Shown: piece by piece, positions 9,123 through 15,607 of the stretch | Layout of the letters: every line of letters starts with the position of its first letter | Numbering within the stretch: position 1 is the stretch's first letter | DNA from: Nanobdellati archaeon | Lineage (GTDB): Archaea; EX4484-52; WAPT01 | Assembly (NCBI GenBank): GCA_015520605.1 | Contig: WAPT01000003.1 | Coordinates: 1-15,607, forward strand | Direction: 5' to 3' | Length of the DNA stretch: 15,607 nt | Notes under the pieces: generated by a model | Seen by the model: only the letters and a program-made list of their open reading frames with translations | Databases searched by the model: none | Told to the model about the DNA's origin: nothing | Position numbers and translations under genes: made by a program

Positions 9123-9557
9123 TTAAACATCCAGAACACACTGAGCAATCCATTTCTGCTCTTCTTCATTAAAGTAAACTCTAAGCTGGGAGTATGTGGC
9201 CGCCTTAACTTCCACTTCTGGCTTGTGTTTTTCAGCATCGAACCGTTCCCCGTACGCCTTTGCTTCCAGCACCCATCTACCGTCATCAAGCTGCTCGAGC
9301 TTCTCAACCTTAAAATGAGCAAATACAGCATCATTAATGTCTCTCTCGGCAAGGAGAGCATTGAGCCACTCTATGAAAAGCTCTTCAAGGTTTGGTGCAT
9401 CACACCTTATCTCGATTTCTAAATTTTTTCCAACCTTGCTTATGTCGAACATAACGTTAAACATAGCTTTTGCAGCCTCCTCAAAAGCTTCTTCGAGAGT
9501 TCTTCCAGTTCCCCTTATTCCTATATCTGCTTTATGCTCGAAAAATTCGTAAGGCAT
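9123..9557 (-). CDS. Archease (RtcB activator, SHS2 domain)
   Basis: YEFFEHKADIGI, LEEAFEEAA, EVKAATYS and C-terminal VLDV. The start is corrected to ATG 9557, with a TATA-like TTAAAAA at 9587-9581 about 24 nt upstream. Confidence 0.95.
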   Translation of the reverse strand: MPYEFFEHKADIGIRGTGRTLEEAFEEAAKAMFNVMFDISKVGKNLEIEIRCDAPNLEELFIEWLNALLAERDINDAVFAHFKVEKLEQLDDGRWVLEAKAYGERFDAEKHKPEVEVKAATYSQLRVYFNEEEQKWIAQCVLDV

Positions 9558-9635
9558 GAATTGAGTAGCGCTCAAGAATGTTTTTAAGTTTTTGACATGG
9601 TAGCATCTCCTGTCCTCTCTCGGGCAAGGTGATCC

Positions 9636-9743
9636 ATGAGAAAGCACGAGAGAGAAAAATTACTAAAAAATAAAAACTGTCGTCATGTTGAACCCCGGAG
9701 TGGATTGCGCAGAAGAATACAATCGTTCTGTGCAATGAATTGA
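9636..9743 (+). CDS. Candidate small basic protein (35 aa, MRKHEREKLLKNKNCRHVEPRSGLRRRIQSFCAMN)
   Basis: The ATG is directly preceded by AGGTGATCC, complementary to the archaeal 16S 3' end, and a TATA-like TTTTTAAG lies at 9581-9588. The ORF fills otherwise empty intergenic space. No family recognised. Confidence 0.35.
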   Translation: MRKHEREKLLKNKNCRHVEPRSGLRRRIQSFCAMN

Positions 9744-9869
9744 TTATCGCTTCGGAATTCCCTGTGATATTTATTTAAATGTTGTGAAACAGGTATCAAG
9801 GGATAAGAACAAAACTTTTAAGATTTATATCCCCAACTCAGTCCAAATTTGCATTTCTCGGTGGTGGTG

Positions 9870-11072
9870 ATGAAAAGGAACATCGTAGTGGAAAAGATGG
9901 AGGCCTTTCCTTTCTGGAAGAGGGACGTGGAGATGGTGGAGAGAAAAGGAATAGGACATCCCGACACGCTTGCGGACGGAATAGCTGAAAGCGTCAGCGT
10001 TGCTCTCTGTAAGAAGTATCTTAGGAAATATGGTGTGCTGATGCACCATAATACGGATCAGTGTGAGGTTGTCGGTGGCGAAGTACATGTTCATTTCGGA
10101 GGTGGGGAAATACTCAAACCAATCAGGATAATTCTTTCCGGAAGAGCGACAGCAAAGATAGATAACGAGTATGTGCCTGTGCACGAGGTCGCTATGGATG
10201 CAACGCGAGAATTCCTCAGGAAAGCACTGCCCAACCTAAACGTTGATAATGAGATTGTGATAGAGTCCGTTATAGGTAGCGGATCTGCAGACCTTGTGAA
10301 TGTGTTTAAAAGAAAAGATGAGGTGCCGTTGGCCAACGACACGTCGTTTGGTGTGGGATTCGCTCCATACACCGAGCTGGAGAGGCTTGTATTGGATGTG
10401 GAGCAATACTTGAACTCAAAAGAGTTTAAGGAGAGGTATCCTTATGTCGGAGAAGATATAAAAGTTATGGGCCTGAGGACGAAAAACGCGATTCTCCTTA
10501 CAGTGGCTGCAGCATTCATTTCAAAGCATGTAAACTCAGCTTCAGAATATCTCGATGCCAAGGCGGAGGTTCTCAATGAAATAAAAGAATATGCTTCAGG
10601 AATTGTGGAGCAAGCAGAAAAAGTGGAGGTGTTTCTCAATACGGCTGATAATGAAAATGGCACCGAGCCATCGGACTTTTACCTCACGCTCACAGGTACA
10701 TCGGCGGAGCAGGGAGATGATGGAAGTGTTGGCAGGGGGAACAGAGTATCCGGCCTTATAACCCCTTACAGGCCCATGTCCATGGAAGCCGCAGCAGGTA
10801 AGAACCCGTACAATCATGTTGGCAAGATATACAACGTGCTTTCTTTCAAAATAGCTAACAGAATAGTGGATGAAGTTAGTGGTGTGGACGATGTGGTGGT
10901 CAGGATTCTCAGTCAGATAGGAAGGAGGATAGACTACCCGAAGATCGCAAGCGTGGATGTGTGGGGCTCCGGCTATGACGAGGACAGAATAAGAAAAATC
11001 GTGGATGAGGAACTTGCCACAATCACAGAAATAACAAAGGAGATAATCGAAGGTAAGCACAGGCTCTACTGA
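9870..11072 (+). CDS. mat: Archaeal-type S-adenosylmethionine synthetase
   Basis: VEMVERKGIGHPDT, HHNTD, PLANDTSFGVG, GEDIKVMG, GTSAEQGDDGSVGRGNR and EAAAGKNPYNHVGKIYN motifs. The start is ATG 9870 after GGTGGTGGTG, with TATA-like TTTTAAGATTTATA around 9816-9829. Confidence 0.96.
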   Translation: MKRNIVVEKMEAFPFWKRDVEMVERKGIGHPDTLADGIAESVSVALCKKYLRKYGVLMHHNTDQCEVVGGEVHVHFGGGEILKPIRIILSGRATAKIDNEYVPVHEVAMDATREFLRKALPNLNVDNEIVIESVIGSGSADLVNVFKRKDEVPLANDTSFGVGFAPYTELERLVLDVEQYLNSKEFKERYPYVGEDIKVMGLRTKNAILLTVAAAFISKHVNSASEYLDAKAEVLNEIKEYASGIVEQAEKVEVFLNTADNENGTEPSDFYLTLTGTSAEQGDDGSVGRGNRVSGLITPYRPMSMEAAAGKNPYNHVGKIYNVLSFKIANRIVDEVSGVDDVVVRILSQIGRRIDYPKIASVDVWGSGYDEDRIRKIVDEELATITEITKEIIEGKHRLY

Positions 11073-11100
11073 ACACATCCCCTTTTACGGTCTCGGGCCT

Positions 11101-11127
11101 CAAAGATTCAGAGCAATGGGATCTTTG
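11101..11127. terminator. Inverted repeat between convergent genes (possible terminator/processing hairpin)
   Basis: CAAAGATTC (11101-11109) pairs with GGATCTTTG (11119-11127) with one G-T pair. No long T-tract is adjacent. Confidence 0.3.
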
Positions 11128-11144
11128 CCAATCTCTTCATCTCT

Positions 11145-12086
11145 TCACTTCTGTTCTTTGGTGATTGAAGATATGGCTTCCTTTATTTCTGGGACTGGAC
11201 ACAGACCCGGGGTTTCCTCGTAGACATTCTCTATACCCTTCAGTATTGGATCGTCTCCCACAATTGTGTGTTTATCGTCCATATATATCTGTGGGATACC
11301 ATAGAATTTAGAATCCCCTCCCCTCACGTTTTCAACGTACCAGTCCATTACCTTAGCGTTGTACTTGCTTTCTCTGTAGACCTCGTATTCAACAAGAACA
11401 ATCGGATGTGTTGGGAGAAATTCATAGAAAAGATATGGGTCGGTTTTTGCGCAGTGGGGACACCCTATGCCCGTGAAATAGACCGCGCAGCTCTGTGGAG
11501 CTTCGCAATTTGCTTGGACACTTTCACCGGTGTCACAGTCTTTCATTCCCCATTGAACAACACCATAAGGCGTTTCCACGGCGTGCTCAAAACAAACCTT
11601 ACCGTTGTGTTTACAGGCCCCAACATCTTTCCTGCAGGAGAATTCCACAACCTCAGGCTCGGTGGCATTACCGAGCTCCTCAAGGTTCGTTGTCGGATTA
11701 AGGAATTTTGCGATAAACTCAACGGGGGGTTTGATGCCTTTCTTCAGTATCAGAACCCTGTTACAGAACCAAATCTTCGCTTTGCCTTCGAACCACTTGG
11801 ATTGATTTGTGTTCTCACCACCCGGCACTCCTTGGCTGGTGGAGTGATTTAGAGATGTTTTTTTGAGCGGGTTTACGGTAGAGATGGATGAGACACCCTT
11901 CCAGGTGAGGATAACACCTCCGACAAGTGCGAGGATAACTATGATAGCTACAGTAACCTTTTCTGACATGTTTGTCGCTCTCCCAACTTCCGCTTCAGAA
12001 ACACAACTTTTCTTAACCTTCTTACCCCTCTTCTCCGTGGTGGTTTTAACTTCTTTTGCTTTGCTGCGTTTCTTTTTTCCGGCCAT
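11145..12086 (-). CDS. Membrane-anchored, probably exported, Cys-rich thioredoxin/glutaredoxin-like protein
   Basis: Lys-rich N-terminal tail, a single TM helix (VTVAIIVILALVGGVILTW), N-x-S/T sequons (NHS, NQS, NAT), a Cys-rich middle, then VYFTGIGCPHCAK ... EYEVY ... GIPQI ... IVGDDPI. The start is ATG 12086 after the SD GGGGTGA; 12092 is an alternative. Confidence 0.75.
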   Translation of the reverse strand: MAGKKKRSKAKEVKTTTEKRGKKVKKSCVSEAEVGRATNMSEKVTVAIIVILALVGGVILTWKGVSSISTVNPLKKTSLNHSTSQGVPGGENTNQSKWFEGKAKIWFCNRVLILKKGIKPPVEFIAKFLNPTTNLEELGNATEPEVVEFSCRKDVGACKHNGKVCFEHAVETPYGVVQWGMKDCDTGESVQANCEAPQSCAVYFTGIGCPHCAKTDPYLFYEFLPTHPIVLVEYEVYRESKYNAKVMDWYVENVRGGDSKFYGIPQIYMDDKHTIVGDDPILKGIENVYEETPGLCPVPEIKEAISSITKEQK

Positions 12087-12091
12087 GATCA

Positions 12092-12958
12092 TCACCCCAC
12101 ACTGACAAACATCCATACAAGAATGGCAAGAACTACGAGAGCAATACCTTCAACAAACCTCATTCCCCTTCTGTGCTTATTGTATATTTTCTCATAAATT
12201 GCTTTCGGTTCTCTCCCGCTATACACAAGCAAGGTTATAAGTATTTCCGGTAGCACGAACAGAAAACAGTAATAGATCAATATGATCACCACACTCCCAA
12301 AGCTTGAGCTTGTTGAGTGAAGAAAGCTTATCAGTCCGAGATAAAATAGGCCCGTGCACGGTAGTTCCACTATGGTGACAAAAATTGCCAGCAGAACAAC
12401 GGCCGTAAACGAGACATATAGCATAAGTCGGTGTATGGTGTTCTTTGCGGAATCCGGAATGGAAAAAGCTGACTTTTTTCCTTTCAGCGCATCGAAAATA
12501 TTTATCACTCCGGCTATCAGTAGAGCGGTCACAAGCAGAGTTTTCATTATATTAAAGCCGTTCATGGCAACAGCCATAAGGTGAAGGTAAGAATAAGCGA
12601 GGTAAATTGCCACACCGAGCACGAAGTAAGTCACATAGCATGTTAGCGTGAAAACAGCGGCTCTTGTAACGATGCCCTTCCTTTCGATACCAAGAGCCAC
12701 CATTCCCGCTATCATCATTACCATTACCGATATCATGCACGGGTTAATGGAATCCGCAAGTGCAAGGGCACTCACAACCCCCAATAATAACCAGGGCGGC
12801 ATGTTTTTGCTCAGTTTAAGGTTCTCTTGAGAAATGACTCCTGATTTCAGCATCAGAACGCCTCCGAAGAATATGACAATGAGCAGAGCAAAAACATGGA
12901 ATATCATCCTCTTTTCCGATCGAGACTCTCCGCCTGTTTTGTTCTTCTTCCCACTCAT
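12092..12958 (-). CDS. CcdA/DsbD-beta-like transmembrane thiol-disulfide electron transporter
   Basis: About 7 hydrophobic helices with the two intramembrane Pro-Cys motifs ADSINPC and VELPCTG. ATGA overlap with the upstream gene. Confidence 0.8.
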   Translation of the reverse strand: MSGKKNKTGGESRSEKRMIFHVFALLIVIFFGGVLMLKSGVISQENLKLSKNMPPWLLLGVVSALALADSINPCMISVMVMMIAGMVALGIERKGIVTRAAVFTLTCYVTYFVLGVAIYLAYSYLHLMAVAMNGFNIMKTLLVTALLIAGVINIFDALKGKKSAFSIPDSAKNTIHRLMLYVSFTAVVLLAIFVTIVELPCTGLFYLGLISFLHSTSSSFGSVVIILIYYCFLFVLPEILITLLVYSGREPKAIYEKIYNKHRRGMRFVEGIALVVLAILVWMFVSVG

Positions 12959-13722
12959 TCTTCTCTCCCTCCGTGCAGGGATTTTATGAGAAGCTGTGAA
13001 ATCTCCACAACCCTTACCTTCTCGTTTTCCAGCAATCCTGAAGCATGTTTGAGTGAAGCGTAACAGAGCGGACAGGAAGTAACGAGAATATCAGCGCCAC
13101 ATCTCATAGCTTCAAGGATACGTTCTTTTGCTATCTCTCCTGCCAACTCGGGATAGTTGGCCTTCACACCACCACCGCCACCGCAGCAGAGAGCGTCTTC
13201 CATGGTTTTTTCCATTTCCACAAGTTCATAACCAAGAGTTTTTATTATTTTTCTCGGCTCCTTAAAGATCCCCTCCCACCTACCGAGATGACACGGATCG
13301 TGGTAACACGCCTTTATTCCGTTATTTTTTGTTTCTCTAACTCTGAGTCTGCCGCTCTCTATAGCATCCCACAAAGCATTAACGGTGTGCAGGACATCGA
13401 TATTCCACTCGTTTCTCAGCACTTCCATGTACGCGGAACGGAGCGTGTGATAGCATGCTGGACAGCTTGTGATGATCCTCCCTACATTGTACTTCTTTAG
13501 GATTTCTAGATTCTTTCTTGCGAGCTTCTCAAAGTCATCGAGATACCCGGCATTCCTAACAGGAGAGCCACAACAATAAATATTCTGAATTTTTATGTAA
13601 TTAACGCCGGAGAGCTTCAGGAGCGCGTCGTAATTCTTCTCAAGTTCCTTCAGAACAGTAGATGTCAAGCATCCCGGATAGTAAAGTGTGTTCGGTTTCA
13701 AAAGCCTTTCGAATACACCCAT
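12955..13722 (-). CDS. CCG-domain Fe-S protein (LutA/HdrD/GlpC-like)
   Basis: Two CCG domains: YYPGC...CCGS...TSCPAC and YHDPCHLGR...CCGGGGG...TSCPLC. The start is ATG 13722 after GGTGGTGGG. Confidence 0.88.
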   Translation of the reverse strand: MGVFERLLKPNTLYYPGCLTSTVLKELEKNYDALLKLSGVNYIKIQNIYCCGSPVRNAGYLDDFEKLARKNLEILKKYNVGRIITSCPACYHTLRSAYMEVLRNEWNIDVLHTVNALWDAIESGRLRVRETKNNGIKACYHDPCHLGRWEGIFKEPRKIIKTLGYELVEMEKTMEDALCCGGGGGVKANYPELAGEIAKERILEAMRCGADILVTSCPLCYASLKHASGLLENEKVRVVEISQLLIKSLHGGREE

Positions 13723-13736
13723 CCCACCACCCGTTT

Positions 13737-15029
13737 TCAGCAGCAATACATCTTATCGAGCTCAAGAGCATCCAAATTCTCAACTTTACCGAAGGGATTG
13801 CCATACTTCCTTGTGTTTTCAATCATCTCAACGTTGGATGTGAGCTCAAACTTATTCCTCACGCATTCTTCTCTTATTTTTCTTACCATTTCCGGAATGT
13901 TTATCCTGAGAGGGCACATTTCCCTGCATGCTCCGCAGGTTGTGCAGAGGTACACACCTCTATCGAACGCTTCCTTCAGACCTTCAAAACAGTAAGTTTT
14001 AACTATTCCTATCCCGCCGTGGTAAGCATCTCCGCCATAATTGTTCAGCAAGACTCCATATACAGGGCAAGCGGCAAGACATGCGCCGCAGTTAATGCAG
14101 TACAGAGCCTCCCTGAACTCAGAATTAATCATTTTACTCCGTCCGTTATCCACCAGCACCAGATGCACTTCCTTTGGGCCCTGAGCACCCACAAGCTTCA
14201 CTCCTCCTATATCCGCGGTTGCGCTAGGAGAACTTATAACGTTTATGTAGGATGGCATATGTAATCCAGTCCCCCAGATGGACTGTACCTTGCATATAGT
14301 CATCGCGTCTTCCAGAGTTGGCACGATTTTATCGATCGTCGCAACAACCACATGCTTTTCTGGCAGCCTTGACACAAGGGATATGTTGCCCTCATTCTCA
14401 AGAATAACAATTGCACCTCCAGCCGTCAGAACGTTTGCTCCCGTTATTCCAACGCGCGCTTTCGTTATCCTTTCCCTCAGGTAGCTCCTTACGAATGTGA
14501 GAATGCTCTCCGCACTTTCCTCCACTTTCGCTCCCGTCTTTTGCCGGATCTTTTCCACAATTTCATTTAGCCTTATGTGGGCCGCCGGCAACACAGGATG
14601 TATATCTTCTTCCTCACACAGTTCCACCAGAAAATCTCCGCAGTCCGTTTCCACAACCTCAATACCTTCACTTCTCAAATATTCAACAAGGCGGATTTCT
14701 CTCATCACATTGGATTTGGATTTCACAACAATACTCTCGTTTCCGATTATTTCCCGCACGATTTCTCTTGCTTCCTTGCTGCTGGACGCTTCATGAACTC
14801 TTATCCCGCTCTTCTCCATCTTTCGTATCATTTCCTTTTTGAGATCATTTAGGTTGTTTATTGAGAACTCTTTTATGTGTCTCACTTTGTCTTTGAGAGC
14901 ATCAGCATCGGTTTCTTCCAGAACCCGCGATAGAGCTATCCTGTAATTTTTCAAGGAGGTTCCGAAAACATCCCTTTTATCTTTGAGTCTCTTATCTTCT
15001 AGAAGCTTTTTGACCGTATCGTTATCCAT
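13737..15029 (-). CDS. LUD-domain/2x[4Fe-4S] protein (LutB/LldF-like)
   Basis: VKSKS, VVETDCGD, HPVLPA, GITGAN, ENEGNI, ISSPSATADI and GAQGPKEVHLVLVDNGR motifs, with ferredoxin motifs CINCGACLAACP and CTTCGACREMCP. A TATA box TTATAAAA lies at 15062-15055, about 25 nt upstream. Confidence 0.9.
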   Translation of the reverse strand: MDNDTVKKLLEDKRLKDKRDVFGTSLKNYRIALSRVLEETDADALKDKVRHIKEFSINNLNDLKKEMIRKMEKSGIRVHEASSSKEAREIVREIIGNESIVVKSKSNVMREIRLVEYLRSEGIEVVETDCGDFLVELCEEEDIHPVLPAAHIRLNEIVEKIRQKTGAKVEESAESILTFVRSYLRERITKARVGITGANVLTAGGAIVILENEGNISLVSRLPEKHVVVATIDKIVPTLEDAMTICKVQSIWGTGLHMPSYINVISSPSATADIGGVKLVGAQGPKEVHLVLVDNGRSKMINSEFREALYCINCGACLAACPVYGVLLNNYGGDAYHGGIGIVKTYCFEGLKEAFDRGVYLCTTCGACREMCPLRINIPEMVRKIREECVRNKFELTSNVEMIENTRKYGNPFGKVENLDALELDKMYCC

Positions 15030-15155
15030 GTAACCTACTTATGAAGGAAACAACTTTTATAATTTGGTTGCAAAATGTGAAACTAAAGGACAAACACACC
15101 ATAACAATCCGGCAATGACAGTTTTCGAATGGCAAAATCTATCCTTTGCAAAAAA

Positions 15156-15178
15156 TTTTAAACTCATATACTATAATA
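15156..15178 (+). promoter_or_regulatory. Putative promoter of tRNA-Ser
   Basis: An A-rich BRE-like run followed by TTTTAAA (15156-15162), and a second candidate TATAATA (15172-15178), both upstream of the tRNA 5' end at 15200. Confidence 0.5.
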
Positions 15179-15199
15179 TTTAGAATTGCTGAAACACGT

Positions 15200-15316
15200 G
15201 CCGGGGTCGCATAGCCTGGCCAGTGCGCTGCCCTGGAGAGGCAGTGCCCGTAAGGGCGCGTGGGTTCGAACAGGCTAAATTTTTCAGAAGCCTCGAAAAT
15301 CCCACCCCCGGCGCCA
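15200..15316 (+). tRNA. tRNA-Ser(GGA) with 29-nt T-loop intron; CCA encoded
   Basis: Acceptor stem GCCGGGG/CCCCGGC, D stem GCA/TGC, anticodon arm CTGCC-CTGGAGA-GGCAG (GGA at 15235-15237), long variable arm GCCC-GTAA-GGGC, T stem GTGGG/CCCAC, discriminator G and CCA. Removing the intron restores the T loop TTCGAAT and gives an 88-nt mature tRNA. Confidence 0.96.
15271..15299 (+). other. Non-canonical tRNA intron at position 59/60 with strict bulge-helix-bulge motif
   Basis: GTGGG-TTCG-[AA^C]-AGGCT ... AGCCT-CGAA-[AA^T]-CCCAC: a 4-bp central helix, two 3-nt bulges and 5-bp flanking helices. Confidence 0.92.
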
Positions 15317-15359
15317 ATTCATAATAATAATAAAATCTTTTACCTTCCCATTCTTCTTC

Positions 15360-15607
15360 ATGCTCTGCGTGATAGGGGGAAGCGGACTGGAAAAGTTGTT
15401 CGAGGACAGTGAGGAATTTGAGATAAATACTCCCTACGGAACTGTTGTTGCATACAGGGTTAAATTTCCCGATGGTAAGGAGTTCTCTTTATTCCTCGTC
15501 ACGGCAAGGGACATGATGTTCCACCGCACAGGATAAACCATCATGCAAACATAATGGCCGCCAAACTTTCTAATGTTCGGATGGTTATCGGCGTTAACGC
15601 TGTCGGC
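15360..15607 (+). pseudogene. mtnP: MTAP/purine nucleoside phosphorylase family gene, 5' part, with a single-base frameshift near 15482 (pseudogene or sequence error); truncated by window edge
   Basis: Frame 0 reads MLCVIGGSGL...INTPYG...DGKE and stops at 15534-15536. The -1 frame continues VLFIPRHGKGHDVPPHRINHHANIMA...VIGVNAVG, which are the MTAP-family motifs. Confidence 0.8.

Noticed and set aside
9558-9647. N-terminal extension of the archease ORF
   Set aside because: Archease homology begins at MPYEFFEH (9557), and a TATA box sits inside the extension.
9605-9655. H/ACA guide RNA on the minus strand (stem followed by ACA)
   Set aside because: The loop lacks an upper stem and a K-turn or K-loop. 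It is kept only as a remark within the small-ORF finding.
9600-9860. SAM riboswitch upstream of mat
   Set aside because: No SAM-I, SAM-II or SAM-III core consensus could be assembled, and mat appears to have its own promoter at about 9816-9829, downstream of the hairpins.
13698-13746. Selenocysteine read-through (CC-UGA) or frameshift fusion of the LutB-like gene to the CCG gene
   Set aside because: Read-through adds only a short peptide before another TGA, and no archaeal SECIS was recognised. The CCG frame has a TAA just upstream of 13746 and has its own SD and ATG at 13722.
281-14852. Numerous antisense or overlapping ORFs in the track (e.g. 7087..7599 +, 10596..11078 -, 11268..11852 +, 13662..14264 +)
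   Set aside because: They are shadows of well-supported genes on the other strand or frame, with no recognisable motifs or initiation signals.
15460-15470. TTAAATTTCCC as a programmed -1 frameshift site for mtnP
   Set aside because: The A AAT TTC heptamer is not in the translated frame, and a TAA in the -1 frame at 15476-15478 would terminate any ribosome that shifted there.

Overview
Archaeal chromosomal window with a housekeeping and cell-envelope character. The archaeal assignment rests on an archaeal-type SAM synthetase, an archaeal S-layer C-terminal domain, TATA boxes about 23-25 nt before leaderless ATGs, GGTGA Shine-Dalgarno motifs and a BHB tRNA intron. From left to right it holds: the 3' part of an S-layer gene; a tightly coupled minus-strand operon rtcB - M20 peptidase - processive GT2 - membrane-anchored CxxC protein - GT39-like GT-C; cobO; an Obg/YchF-family NTPase; archease; SAM synthetase; a minus-strand operon LutB-like LUD/4Fe-4S - CCG Fe-S protein - CcdA/DsbD-like protein - exported Cys-rich thioredoxin-like protein; a tRNA-Ser(GGA); and the 5' part of a frameshifted MTAP/PNP-family gene. 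The ORF track misses the last two. The strongest observation is a 29-nt intron at the non-canonical T-loop position 59/60 of tRNA-Ser(GGA), with a perfect bulge-helix-bulge motif, in the same window as the RtcB ligase and archease genes. Other leads are a possible substrate-oxidation-to-extracellular-thiol electron conduit, a possible synthase-dependent surface polysaccharide module, and two unexplained intergenic regions containing small ORFs and hairpins. No mobile element or CRISPR array was seen. All family assignments come from motif recognition, not database searches.
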